The notes below the pieces were generated by a model that saw nothing but the letters and a program-made list of their open reading frames with translations, did not search any database and was not told where the DNA came from. A stretch of 63,709 bases of DNA, counting the filler, from Licmophora abbreviata (taxonomy: Eukaryota), in the NCBI GenBank assembly GCA_900291995.1. It is 13 parts of 13 records of this genome, joined end to end, with 100 filler letters (N's around TTAATTAATTAA, not from the genome) between each part and the next. Parts side by side here need not be neighbours in the genome. Positions count along the whole stretch, not along the records: positions 33,978 to 43,383 come from OLMU01005093.1; positions 43,484 to 46,756 come from OLMU01005094.1; 11 more parts are not named here. The stretch is one strand, 5' to 3'. Position numbers and translations under genes: made by a program. Below are positions 33,978-46,370 of the stretch, one piece after another (positions within the stretch are counted from its first letter, which is position 1; each line of letters begins with the position of its first letter).

Positions 33978-35094
33978 TGTCGTCTGCTTCCTTGTCTTTG
34001 TGACTGCTTGCCCCGCCTCGGTAATGCATCGTCTTGTAGACGTTGTTGTTCCTCTTCCAGTTTACGACTTTGTCGCAACAGAAGTTGCATCCCAGGTATA
34101 CTGGCCGATGCTCCCACATTGGTAAAGCTCATCAAAATGTAGGCTGCGTAGGGAATCGCATTTCGACTCGAACGACGACGACGACGAGTGTTACTGACAC
34201 CCTTGTCATTTTCCTCCACAGTATCCAACGTCGCCAAGACGGTGAGTAATCTGGCTCCCAAGGAGTGTCCCATACCCACAACAGGTATACTACTACAATC
34301 TTGGTACTCATCCATGACAACATCCTCAAGTGCCCTTGAAAGTTTTGTTGCAGACTCCGCGACAATGCAACATGCTGGAGTGGATTGTTGTTGTTGTTGT
34401 TGGATGACAATGGTGTAATGACTGGAATGGACGTTGCGACAATGACACTGCTGGTATTCAAAGACACGCTCTCTAACAATCGACGATACCACAATTTGGG
34501 AGTACTCCCAAAGAAGGTGCCACCGACAAAGTGTATGATGGAGCGGGGAGTCGTTACATGGGGCGGGGGGAATAAGACCCAAGTTGAAGCATCTGGACAC
34601 AGTTCCCATTCGAGCAGTGATGATGATGATGTTGTGTCGTCGTCGTCGTTGTTGTTGTCAAAATGGACCTTGTAGAAACCTCCTTGACGTTCGTATGGAT
34701 CGCTATCCTTGACGTTCGTTGGTCGTTGTTGGTAGTATCGTTCTTCATCATCAGGTTGGTCTTTCCAAAAGGATGAAGACTCTTCCTTTCTACCATTCTT
34801 GTTCACGTAGTAATCATCATCATCATCATTTTCATTTTCATTGGCGTAGTAGTAGTCATCATCGTCATTACGACGACGACGACGGGCAGCATACAAAGAA
34901 GAAGAAGAGCGTGATGGCATGATCCGTCTGTAGCAGTGTTGTTGCAATTGTTTCGTTGCCAACAACATGGTCCATGCTGCCTTTGTGGTTGGGACTTTTC
35001 CAAAGAGAAGTACAATGCTACTCAGCAAGAGCCATGGAGAAGTGGTAGTAGTGCTGCACAATTGTGTAGCATGCCGTCGTTTCATCATCCTCAT
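33978..35094 (-). CDS. DUF1350-like alpha/beta hydrolase, probably plastid-targeted. 1-bp frameshift near 34335. 3' end lost in the gap.
   Basis: IIHFVGGTFFGSTPKLWYRRLLE, nucleophile elbow GMGHSLGARL and ILMSFTN. Signal peptide ends TKA-AW. Confidence 0.7.
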
Positions 35095-35482
35095 GGTGAT
35101 GGTGGTGGAAATTGTGGTGTTATAGATTGTATTTTGGATTTTTTTGATTTTTTTCATTTTTTCGTACTTGGTACCTGTTATGATAGCGACGGCCAGACAG
35201 ACAGGTGTGACAGACACTCCTCTATTCAATGTTCAACACGGAAGCTGAAAGTACGTCAGGATGTCTTTCGGACAAAATAGATTTAACTCATATTTTTTAA
35301 TAATTAAATATGAAACGTGCTCGAAGTGATGTGTTTGCAAATGGCCACCTGGGATCAACGCAAACCACAAATTCAACATGAGAGGCTTCTAAAATCACTT
35401 GTACAATAGTCCACCTTGAAGACTTCTGAAAATACTAGCTCGCTCCCGGAGTGTATACTACAATACTTCACTCACACGAACG

Positions 35483-36499
35483 ATGGCTTCCCTGCAGGAA
35501 CAACAGCAAGAGCGAGGACAAGTCGATGGCTATCAGGCCGATGAGGACGTAGGCGGCAGCACCGACTGCGGCGATGCGAACACTGCTAGTACTTGTAGTA
35601 CTGAGACTGCAGTTGCTACGAGTACAACAAAACGAGATGACCGCCAAATTGACAACAACAAATCAACACTTCATACGAAAGAGACACACTTTTACAGTCG
35701 TCTGCCTCATCGCAGAAGAAAAAGGCGAAGAACTCTCACAAAGACTACAGACGAAACAAAGCCGTCCTCTCATTTTAGCCGTACTATCAACAACAACAAC
35801 AACAACAAGACACTACTTCATCCGCAGCAGCATTCCCGTCACGATACTTCCCTCCTTGACCTTTCCAACTTGCTTTTTACCTACTGGGATGCCTTGTCCA
35901 GAGTCTCTCGTCCTGGAGACTTTGGAACGAACCACACAGCGATGACACGACACGATGCTACTTTACAAGAAGAGTGCATACATCATAGCATCCTACCTCC
36001 CAACAAGCAGCTACTACTGCAATCCTCGTCTACTAGTACGATTCGAATGAAGTCTTCAAATCCTCACACCATGGAGCATGCCTTGTCAATTTCGAAATAC
36101 GCCAAGCTTGTTCTTCAAGCACATGCTCCCTTTTCCATGGTACATGCCAATGCAGCCTATCATGCAAGGTGGAAACCAAACTTGAGGGGTAACGACGTGG
36201 ATGTATCCAAAACATCCATGACGAGCCTTGCACAGGTCATTGCAAACTACTTTAGACATGTGGCGTCCTGCAACACTCCAACAACTCACCAGAACGACAC
36301 TACGTCTACTACTACCACTACTAGTAGTGTCATGCTGACTGTATTTCCAGTGTGGGGTGCAGAGACGCAAAGGGGTATACCTGTGGTGACTCACTACTTG
36401 GTCACGGAAGAAGAAGAAGCAGTGAGCAATGATGATGACGACGACGACACAATCCACAACGACTGTTTCACTCTTTCTGCAACGCAGGCAGTGGGATAA
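35483..36499 (+). CDS. Hypothetical protein with C-terminal PAS-like domain (paralog C), intronless
   Basis: MEHALSISKYAKLVLQAHAPFSMVHANAAY...VFPV..VTHYLV. RRRKRRR tract. Ends AVG*. Confidence 0.65.
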   Translation: MASLQEQQQERGQVDGYQADEDVGGSTDCGDANTASTCSTETAVATSTTKRDDRQIDNNKSTLHTKETHFYSRLPHRRRKRRRTLTKTTDETKPSSHFSRTINNNNNNKTLLHPQQHSRHDTSLLDLSNLLFTYWDALSRVSRPGDFGTNHTAMTRHDATLQEECIHHSILPPNKQLLLQSSSTSTIRMKSSNPHTMEHALSISKYAKLVLQAHAPFSMVHANAAYHARWKPNLRGNDVDVSKTSMTSLAQVIANYFRHVASCNTPTTHQNDTTSTTTTTSSVMLTVFPVWGAETQRGIPVVTHYLVTEEEEAVSNDDDDDDTIHNDCFTLSATQAVG

Positions 36500-36694
36500 A
36501 CGATTGTGTTTACTGGTACCGGTACCACCATATATAATACTACGTACCTGTACTTCTATTGGAGCGACCCACTCGTCCGCAACCATGATGAGGCTTCTAG
36601 AATCAATCTACCGGTAGAGCACGCTCTCGTGTCGTAGATTAGGTGATCCTCTACTACCATGACTTTTCCAATATTGACTACTGCCACTACTAGT

Positions 36695-39600
36695 CTACTT
36701 GACGAGCACGTCAAAGGCCCCGGTTCCATGCCGAATCGGTCGTCCCATGACAATGTTACCGCTGGGACTCATTAGCGACTCCTTCCGAGCATGATTGGCT
36801 GCTTCCGTCATGAAGGTGGCCGTTGTCTCAAAGCTCATTTGCAAAAAGGGGGAACCCACATCGGCCATGCCTCCACGATTCATAGCTTTAAAGTCACCTT
36901 CAAACGTCATGTAGTCGGCAATGAGCGACAGATGACGCGGGTCGACGGAAATGCCGTAGGCGCCAAAGACGCCTCGAATCTGATCCACAATGGTTCTGCG
37001 AGCCGCTTCGACTCCGTACGAACAACACACGGCCCAAATGTCGTTCGAGGTCAGGCGGTTGTGATCGACCACGCCGTCCAGCTTCCACAGTTCCTCAAAA
37101 TTTACGCCTGCTGTCTGCAGGCACCGGTTGTTGGCTTCGTCCTCATTGTTGATAAAGGCTTGTTGAATCTTGGGCCGTGAACGTACAAGTGTAGATGAGG
37201 CGGCGCGTTCGACCAGCCCGACCATGAGGAGAGGACGGACGGATGGATCAACCTTGAGAGGGCGGAGGATGAAGGAGTTGCTGGCCCTGTCAATTTTGAG
37301 GGTATTGGAGCCAAAGGAGGGTGCTGTCGTAGCAGTATTGTCATTTTCATTGCCGACATTCGATGAGGGTGGTGGATTGCCCTTTGTCCCTTCGTCTTCG
37401 TCGGACATGTCTGACTCGTGCGCCGTTTCTTCGTCTTCAACGTCCATAGGTCCGTAAGACGTCATTTCTTCTCGGTTCCCAAACCTGGAGGCATTTACAC
37501 CATCTTCTTCTCCCATGGCGTCGTCGTCGTCTTCTTCTCCGCCTTTATTGTCGTCATCATCGTCATCGTCAAGCTCATCGCGTTCACTGGCAGCGGGAGT
37601 TATTTCGCTCTCGACAAAGTGGGATGCCTCTCCACCCTGCACAGTGCCCCCTTCATCGTCTTGATTCGTGGCCGATCGTTTGATTTCTTTCTTCATGATT
37701 TCTGCCAAGGACGGAATGAAGAATTCGGTCGCGACACTTGCAATGGCTTCCAACGTCAGTCCAAACGCCTCCTTCATACGTTCGGAAGGATGCATCTTCA
37801 ATGTAATGTGGTATGCTCGCTGCCACGTGCCAGTTGCGTCCTGTTCCAGCGCCTCTCGAACTTGGACGCCACCATGACTAGAAATGAGTTCCATGAGGGT
37901 GAGTTTGGTAAAAGAACGAGTGAGCCGGACAGCCTCTTTGTCGGAAATGGAATCCAAGAGAGGAACCGACATGGTAGGAGTCTTAAGTTCTTTGGATGCT
38001 GTCATGATGATTTCGCGGAGACGAGGAATGCCCAATGTCACGTTTGCACCTGATCCAGCGAGATGGAAGGTATTGAGGGTCATTTGTGTTGACGGTTCTC
38101 CCACAGACTGGGCGGCAATGCTACCGACGGCTTCTCCCGGAGCACAGAGCGATGATGCATATTTGGCGGCAACCAGCGACCCAAAGTCTTCCGATGACAA
38201 ACCCGAGGCTTTCAGGATTGCTCGAAGCTTGTTGTCAGTCTTCAATGCAGAAGATGCAGCACCGGCCACGCGTTCTGAGACACATGCGCCACTAACACCG
38301 ATGCGATGACTACCGGCAGGGCCTTTTGCGCCGGACAGCAAAGGGTCAGGCAAGGCAGATCTGATGAGGATGCATGTACTGGAAATGGCGTCAGTCTTCC
38401 GCGCGCCGCATGGACCAAGGTCGACTTCGACTGGCACATGCGAGACTGTGTGACCATCCTGTAGATATCTCAATTGATAACTGCCATTATTGTGGCATTT
38501 GGCAACGATAGCACTGAACCAGCCTTTGCACAGAGCTCCACGTGTCCATGCAGCTCCAACTCGCAGTCTCCTCGCTTCGACATAGCTCCCAACCTCAAAC
38601 CTGCCTTGGACGGTAGTACTTTGTCGCTGGACATCTCGTGCGGCGATGTCAATCGACGAGTCAGGTAGTGGCACATTACACCGATTCAGAGCCTCTCGAT
38701 TGCTGGCCATGTACTCAAACGAACGAGACGAACAATCCAAGTAAGTAGCTTTTGTTGGATCCAAGCCGTCTTCTCCATAGAGGAACTGCACTACGCCTCC
38801 GTCGCTGTTTCGGACCGTCGAATCATAACAGACTTTCAACTCCTCCAAGTGTTTCACCAAGCATCTCTGCAAGTATCCAGAGCGGGATGTCTTCACTGCA
38901 GTATCGACAAGACCCTCGCGACCGGCCATACAGTGAAAGTAGTACTCTTGAGGACGAATGCCCGTCAGAAATCTGTCCATAATAAAGCCGTCTGCTCGGG
39001 GATTTGGATCGTAAGGAGCAAACGAAGGAAGAGTTCTACCTGAACTCAATCGCGGGACACGTCGTCCCTCCAAAGCCTGCTGTCCAAGCGCACACGACAC
39101 TTGTGATTGATTGACAGTTGAACCTTTGGCACCGGTGGTCACCATTAAGCCAAAAGTCTGTATCAAGAAAGAAAACATATAATGTGAGATGGAGAATGGG
39201 CTGTCGTCATCGAATGAGACGATCCATCGTGACGTACATTTGCAGGGAAGGGAACAGCGAGTCCGTTCGGAAGACAGGCTTTGATGATTTCAGATGCCAA
39301 AGGATTAAGCTGAGATTGCATGTACCCATCAAGTGCGGCAAATTTCTCCTTGCCTTCGCTTCCAGACAAAAGCTGGCCAATTTTCGCTGATGCAGCTGCA
39401 GACTCAACAGGTTTGAGAGGTTTGTCGGCGCCCTCCTTATCCTTGACAGGCTCGATCTGAACCTTTCCGCCCTCGGAATCAGCCCATGCCTTGGCCGCTC
39501 TAGAGCCAACGCTGTATGCGCGATTCACTAGCTTCCTGCGGGCGGCATCAGCTTCTTTGGTGAGAATAAGATCCTCCATTCGACATGAGTGGCCAGAATA

Positions 39601-42594
39601 ATACTGAAGGTAGGCTGTGAAAAGCCTCCCAAGAGAGTTCAAAAGAAGACCGGCTCGCCGAGCTCCGTAGGCCTCGTACACGGCATGCACCAGCGAAAAC
39701 TCAGTTGATCCAAACGCGGCCTTATCCAAAACTCCACGAAGAAGTTCTCCATCGCGAATGATAACAAGGTGCTCCTTTTGCGAGGCGCCGAACCCATGTT
39801 CAGGAGTCTTCGCCTTTCGTTCCACAGATATTCCTGGAAACTCGTGCTTTCGGGATCCAACGTCTTCCTGGTCGTTCCCTTTGCGTAAGTGGTGCAATAG
39901 CGTACTGAGAACCTGCTTTCCAGTCCAAAGCTCCTTGGCTTCTCCACGGCTGGAGGGAGGAGCTCGATATCCGCATCGCTGCGTATGAGTTCCAATCCAG
40001 GGAGACTCGTAAGAGACGCGAAGACAAGCTGTTGGTACTCCCACCGTTCCAAGAATGTATCTTTTCCAGTCATTTTCACCCCAGCATCGACATGGTCCTG
40101 GATTAGACCACGCAGTGGAGAACCGTCCGTAGGAACAATGTACTGCAGATCCGTTGCCGCGATAAATTTCGACTCGGCCGAGGCGATGTCATTCTGGGGA
40201 AAGTGACAATTCATTTCGTCTCCATCAAAATCAGCATTGTATGTGTTGCAGTCTGACGGCATCGCGATGCAGTGTCAGAGAATACATGCTACAACACACT
40301 CGGGGCGAAGAGCAAAGCACAAAGCGGGAATACTCACTTGCGTAGTGCATACGAATGGTCTTCTGTGTCGGATCGTGCAACATTCGCACAGAGTGAGCCA
40401 TGATCCCAGGCTTGTGCAACGTAGGCTGGAGACGGCGGGAAGGCACGCAACATGCATTAGTGCAATGAATAGGCCAGAATGCATAAAATGGTCGAATAGC
40501 GGCGGGATCCTCTGTACGACCAAGACCATCAACCTCAAGCAGCCGGTCGGCATATTTCTACGCCTAACCAAGCCACAGAGCAAGGTGACACTCTTCACCG
40601 ATAATTGGTCATAATCCATCAAATTCAAGTTCAGAGTGGTGCATGACTGGATATCTCTTCCTCGGAACGCGCTTCTTGTGCTGGCGACGCCTCAAACACA
40701 AAAGCAACTCACCTGACGATTGACTAACATCATGTCGCCATTTCTCAACTGGCGACCAACGACAACGGGAGGACCGCCTTTCTTGATAGATGAGACTAAT
40801 CGAGCCGCAACTGACTCGCGTCGCTTGTCATCCATTCGGCTCAAATCGATGCGTCTACCATCTGGAAAACGCACCCAAGATGCCCCGGGGTGATTGCTGG
40901 CACCACGCTCTACTAAACGTCGCATTTCTACGAAATTGAGGTCCGTCACCGGGGTTGGATAGGTTAATGTCTTGGCAAAGTGAAGTGGAATGCCGATTTC
41001 GTTCGTTCCAACATACGGGTCTGGTGAAATCACAGATCGGCAGGCAAAATCGACTCGTTTGCCCATCATGTGTCTGCAGCAGATGATCAAAATGGGTCAG
41101 GCCGGTCCACCGGGCGCACTTCACACATTGACATGAAAGAGCAGTCACAAAAAGTCTTACTTGCGAAAGATCCCTTCCTTCTTTTCCAGGATTTGTCGAA
41201 TACCAGGATTGACATTGCCCGAGGCGGTGGCGCTGGGGTCTTTCGAGCTGTCCATGAAACAGTTGACGGTCGTCTGCAATTCAATCCAAGCCGTGTATGC
41301 GTTGGTTTCTGAGTCCACCAAGAGCGATCGGATGCGCTCATTGAGAGTCAAAAGTTTGTTCAGATAAACGTTTTGAGAGTGCTCCACCTTCAAGGTCCCC
41401 AGCATCATGAGGGGGCGAAACCGTGATGGAGGTACAGGAATGGCACGTAGAAAGAACCGTCGAAAGCCCTCAGGTCCACCACCCCAGAATGCGGCACAAA
41501 GAAGAGGCTGTTTCTCCCACGTTAGTTTCACTTGAGCCTGAATTTCAAAAGACGTCATGTAACGATCCTTGGAAGGTGTATCGTCTGGCTTGTCCTGCTC
41601 TTCGTCGTCCTCGTCTTCTTCGTCTGAATCCATGTTTGGCTCGGTCCGTTGGTGGCCAGTCAGGGAATCATCTGAATCATACCCAGTCCTCTTTTTCTCC
41701 TCATATTCCAATGCGGGTGCGATCACGATACCCTCAGATGCATTGATTCTTGCCTGCTTCAACGACAGCACCGACTGAAAAACTTTGTTATTGGAATCTT
41801 GTCGAATCTTTGGCGAAAATGCACCACAATGTTCGCACTTCTTGCGCTGCAAACATGAGGAGAGCAGAAGCTGCTGTACTGTGCGCCGTGTGCGACGTTC
41901 CAGTGACGACGAGTCCGAGTGAGTTGAACCTCTCGATACCGGTCGTTCATGGACGCCTTGGAGAAATTCTTGTATGGCAGTCTGGACAGCCGCCGCCACG
42001 GACGTTTCTCCACGATTCTCTCGCGCCTGTCGAGACACATGCCGAATGTTAGCTTCTAATTCCAGTGCCTCCTGTAGTCTTCCGCTATCCAACAAGGCAA
42101 ACTGCGTCTTCAAGGTCTCCAGCTCCTGTTTGGGTGCACGCAATTCGTGACAATGCAAACACTTGGCTCGTAGAAGCTTAATCATGCTTCCGAACAACAG
42201 GGGGTGATAGACAGGTACACACAGCTCCAGATGCCCCGAGTGACCTGGGCAGTTCACGTAACTACAAGCGCATGTCTCGCAGATGCCTCCCGACGAGCTG
42301 TCGATCGGCCCCATTTTGCCGTCGTACAAACCGCCAGGCAATGGTGTCCCCAAGTCACGGTCCAGAGCTAGCGGGGACGTGATTTCCACCACCGATCGGG
42401 ACCGGACATCCTCATCTGTATAAAAACTGCTCGTGTAAGAGGGAATTCTGGCGTCAGAAGGATGCTCTGGAGCGATTCATATCAAAGGATACTAATCGAG
42501 TTTCGAACATGAAGCAAATAGAATATCAACAGAAAACTCACCCAAATATGACACTCTGCACCTGCCGTCTCACGATTGTATTATTCGGGTCCAT
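36695..42594 (-). CDS. RPA1: DNA-directed RNA polymerase I largest subunit (about 6 exons, 1-bp frameshift near 39937)
   Basis: [36 protein letters not shown], catalytic [47 protein letters not shown] and SFETT. Pol I-type acidic insert, no CTD. Confidence 0.96.
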
Positions 42595-42977
42595 ATCGTT
42601 TTGTCTTGCTTGTCGGTTGAGCTCAAACTGTTGTGGCACAGGAGAAGTCGCTCGTCAAGTTCAGAGATCTGCCGTCATTTCACTTGCGTCGAATTGTGGA
42701 AGATTTGGAGGGAACTTTTTTCGAAATTTCGTGGTGGCGCGCGAAGGAGCGCGCGGTCAGCGCGTCGTCAATCGAAAACGAGCGAGGGCCAGGCGCTGTT
42801 ACAACAAGTTCAAGTGCATGATTGCACGCTGATCGAGAGACTAACTACGCATTCCATGGCACTAGTACGTGTAGATGACACATTGCCAGGTAGCAGCCTC
42901 TAATCTGACTTCTCTGGTATTCTATAGCAACTCCGCAGCTATCATAGCGTGTATTTCTGTACCTTTTCCAAGATGTG

Positions 42978-45886
42978 CTATCCGATTGCAGTAACTGTCT
43001 CAGTTCTATCTGACGATTCCGCCGCATCTTCCTGCATGTCGTCTGCAGCTTGGTGTTCTGGTGCAACTAGAGCGTCCACTCTGCCGAAATCCTTGGGGAC
43101 AAAAGACTGTCTAGTTTCGTCTTGCTTCTCTGCGCTCTCGGGGACAAAGAGCTCAAGCTGGATCACATAATGCGTAATGTGGCTGGGAAAGTGCCGATGC
43201 TGAGCTTCAACAAAGTCCTTATCGTCATGATGATGCTTTGGTCGTTTGGATGCATGGTGATGTCCTGCGTTGTTGTCTACAGGATAATCCTCCTTATCCC
43301 CAACGTCCGTAACAATGCCGGCTTCATCAGGTGCCACCGATGAAACTACAGGCGAAATACAAACGCGGCACTGAATAGTGTGCNNNNNNNNNNNNNNNNN
43401 NNNNNNNNNNNNNNNNNNNNNNNNNNNTTAATTAATTAANNNNNNNNNNNNNNNNNNNNNNNNNNNNNNNNNNNNNNNNNNNNATACGAACGCGGCACTG
43501 AATAGTGTGCAGTGGGTAGCTTGGAGCTTCACTGCTGAGGCTGCTTTCACGACTTTCCTGCTTCTTGGACCCGACGTCAAGACTCGAGGAGTTTTCCAGT
43601 GATTTTGCGGCCACATTAACAACGTGGTAATCGCCAAACCCACTCCCTACTATAAGGCGTTCGAGAGACATGTCGTCAGACCCCGGCCAGCCGCCACCCG
43701 TACCGGTAGCTGCTGGAGGGGCGACAGAAGACGCATCAAAGAGCATCTTCGAAGGACGTACAGGCGGGGCCGCGTGTTGTTGTTCAAGAGGTGTCCTCTG
43801 CTCTTCTTTTGGTGGACCTGTAATAAAACTGGACGGCGGTAAGAGCGACACCGTCCCAGTGACAGGCTGGCCGACCACTGCGTGAGAGTCCACACCCGTA
43901 AGGCCAGTGTAGGCTGCATTGGCGTGAACCACCAGCTGAAAACGCGCGAGCAAACTTGTGAGGGCACGACTCTTAGATGGAAGCGACGAATCAACAGAGG
44001 TACTTACATAAGGCGGAAACGCTTGGATGATCATTCTAAATGAATCGAGGTAAACACGCACTGTTAGCATACTTTGAACAGCAGCTGTGGCACGACAGAC
44101 CGAAAAATACCATAGAGACAAACTCACCTTGCATTCTTGGAAAATGAAAGAACCTCGTCAAGTGCACACGCCTGTCCGGGTCGAAGGATAATATCTGAAT
44201 AGCCCTCACTACTGTCCGATGACTCCAGCTGCCGTTGGACTTGCTCCTCGTATTCGCGCCTCATGTTCATTCGCTTCCGTTTCTTGTGCAAAAGCTTCTT
44301 CTCGCGCACAGAGTCTACTTCATTAGGAAGCAGCTTCTGAGGCAGGGTTGGAGCAGGTCGCACATTACGTTGAGGATGAACACTCGAACGGGCCAAGGCA
44401 CTTGGTGGCTTCATCACATCGCCGTCTGCAATCATTTCCACTGCTTGTTGTACAGTCGTCTCGACACCTTTTGAGTGTCCATCCTGTACACATTTCTCTC
44501 CACTTTTCCCTTCATTTCCACTTCCTGAGCTGTTGTTATTTCCACTGTTGTGTCCACTATTCGTGCAGCTTCCCGAGTTTTCGTTCCCACTACCAGAACT
44601 GTTGTTGTTGCTTCCACTGTTTCCGCCACTTCCAGAACCAGATGTATTGGTAGTCCCCGTGTTTCCAGTGGAACTGAATCCACTCTGACTCTGACGTGCT
44701 ACATTATCAGACGACTCTGAAACAAACCGAGGCGGAGCGGGCACAGGAAACCGCTGCAGATCGGCTCGGATGTCGTCTTCCGGCTGCGGATGATGGGGCG
44801 CTTGGGGCTGAGCACTTCTTGTCGACGCAGTAGAGCGCGAGGAGTCTTCCGGAAGCGCTTCGCCACCACCCGGTCTTTCGTCTGCGACTCGCGATATGAC
44901 CTGTGCCTCACCTCGAACATCTTGCTGTTCCTCAGCATGCCCTTCGTGACTCTCGTCCTGTTCGTGTCGTCTCTTGTGTCGACGCTTCACTCGTGCTAGA
45001 ACTCTCATGGAGGAGGTATCACTTTCATCGGCAAGCGATCCCAGACTAGGCGCGGCAACCGCCCCGGATGGCTGTTGCTGACCGTCTTTTGGTCTATTGT
45101 CTGAATTGGTTGCTTGAGTTGCATCCGAGCATCCGGCAGCAGCAGCAGCATTGGAGGGTTGTTGTTGTTGAGCAGGCTCCCCAGAATAAAACTCAAAGAA
45201 AGGTCGAACAGCCTATTTATTGATTCGATTGTAACAAATGTCGTTATAAAAGTGGTGAGAGAGAAGCATGCGAGGCGCTCCAGCACACAAACATTCACGA
45301 CGCAAAGACCTACCTCCATCAATGTAAAGTAATGTTCGAACCTTGCAGGAACCTCTTCTGCAGTTTCCTGCTGAGGAAGAGAGTGCTGATCCTCGCAAAC
45401 AATGTCCGTGTTGACATAGCCGACCGTACTCAAGTCGATCCTTGGATCCATGGGATGCTGTATACGTACTCCATTCCATTGTGGCAAGGTAGCTCTGTCC
45501 TTCACGGAAGGCGGCTGCGAAAGATCAAGTCCACTCCGTCTCACCAGATCTTCTAGTATTTGCTCTTGCTGCCGTGCCTGGTGCTTTCCAGATTTGGAAT
45601 GTTCGGATCGCTTCTCATCCTCGTCCACTGCAGATGCGCGCCGTCTCGCTTTCGCTGCTTCGTGCAGAGTCAGACCGCCAATATTGAGGTGCGCCGGAGT
45701 CGTTCCTTTGTGGTTGGAGGAGGACTGTTCCGACGACGATTCGGAAGAGGACCAGTCGGCAATGTAGCCTTGTCCACTCCCACTCCCGCTTTCTCCACTG
45801 GCCAGTGGTGGACCACTGCTTTGACTGCTAGACGATTCATTCGCGCGGTCGTCTTGCTCGTCCATCGTTTTGGACTCTCCCTGCAT
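42978..45886 (-). CDS. Hypothetical Ser/Gly-rich protein with C-terminal PAS-like domain (paralog A), multi-exon, spans the overlapping linker
   Basis: ORFs 45005-45886, 44124-45008, 43432-44127 and 42978-43337 are joined by GT-AG introns and the linker overlap. Spliced ALDEVLSFSKNARMIIQAFPPY/LVVHANAAYTGLTG...ITHYVIQL. Ends TAIG*. Confidence 0.7.
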
Positions 45887-46370
45887 CCTCGTAGTGGTGG
45901 TACCCGTATACTTTCTGTCTGACAGCCAGTTCCGGAGAAGTGTCCCGTCTATTCTGTTTTCACTTCTATATCAATTGTTGATTTTGCGATGGCAATGATG
46001 ACCAATGTATCATTCATGTCTCTCTTGACACACACGTGATGTGATGTGTTGTTCTTTTTCGACTATTTCCCACGACAAATTGTGACGGGAGCAAAGTCCC
46101 ACACGCCATAAACCGTCACTGGGTGGAAACCAATTTTACGCACTTTTCTCATAAGTAGATTTGGCTGACGTGTTTTATCTCGTCCAGAAAAGGACGAATC
46201 AAAACGCATGGTTTGGATGACGCTCTTTTGAACATAAGTAGGAAGTTTCTCTGTCGGAAGGCGTAGCGGTTGCCCATAGGAGCTTGTTTTCTTCGTGTCA
46301 TCGAGACGCGCGCGCGAACTATTCTCATCAGCGAGAAAGCATCACAACAACAACAACAACAAGCACCACG

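Noticed and set aside
34380..35170. Trinucleotide repeat runs (TTG, TCA, TCG, GAC)
   Set aside because: They encode ordinary low-complexity N/D/T/R tracts within the DUF1350-like gene.
39930..39945. Frameshifts (RPA1 ~39937, sulfotransferase ~1080, DUF1350 ~34335, sorting nexin ~54640) as pseudogenes or programmed frameshifting
   Set aside because: Each is repaired by adding one base to a short homopolymer, and one lies in essential RPA1. Sequencing or consensus error is the simplest explanation.
24267..42594. Nucleolin and RPA1 as an rRNA-biogenesis cluster
   Set aside because: They are about 11 kb apart with several unrelated genes and a gap between them. Chance proximity is sufficient.
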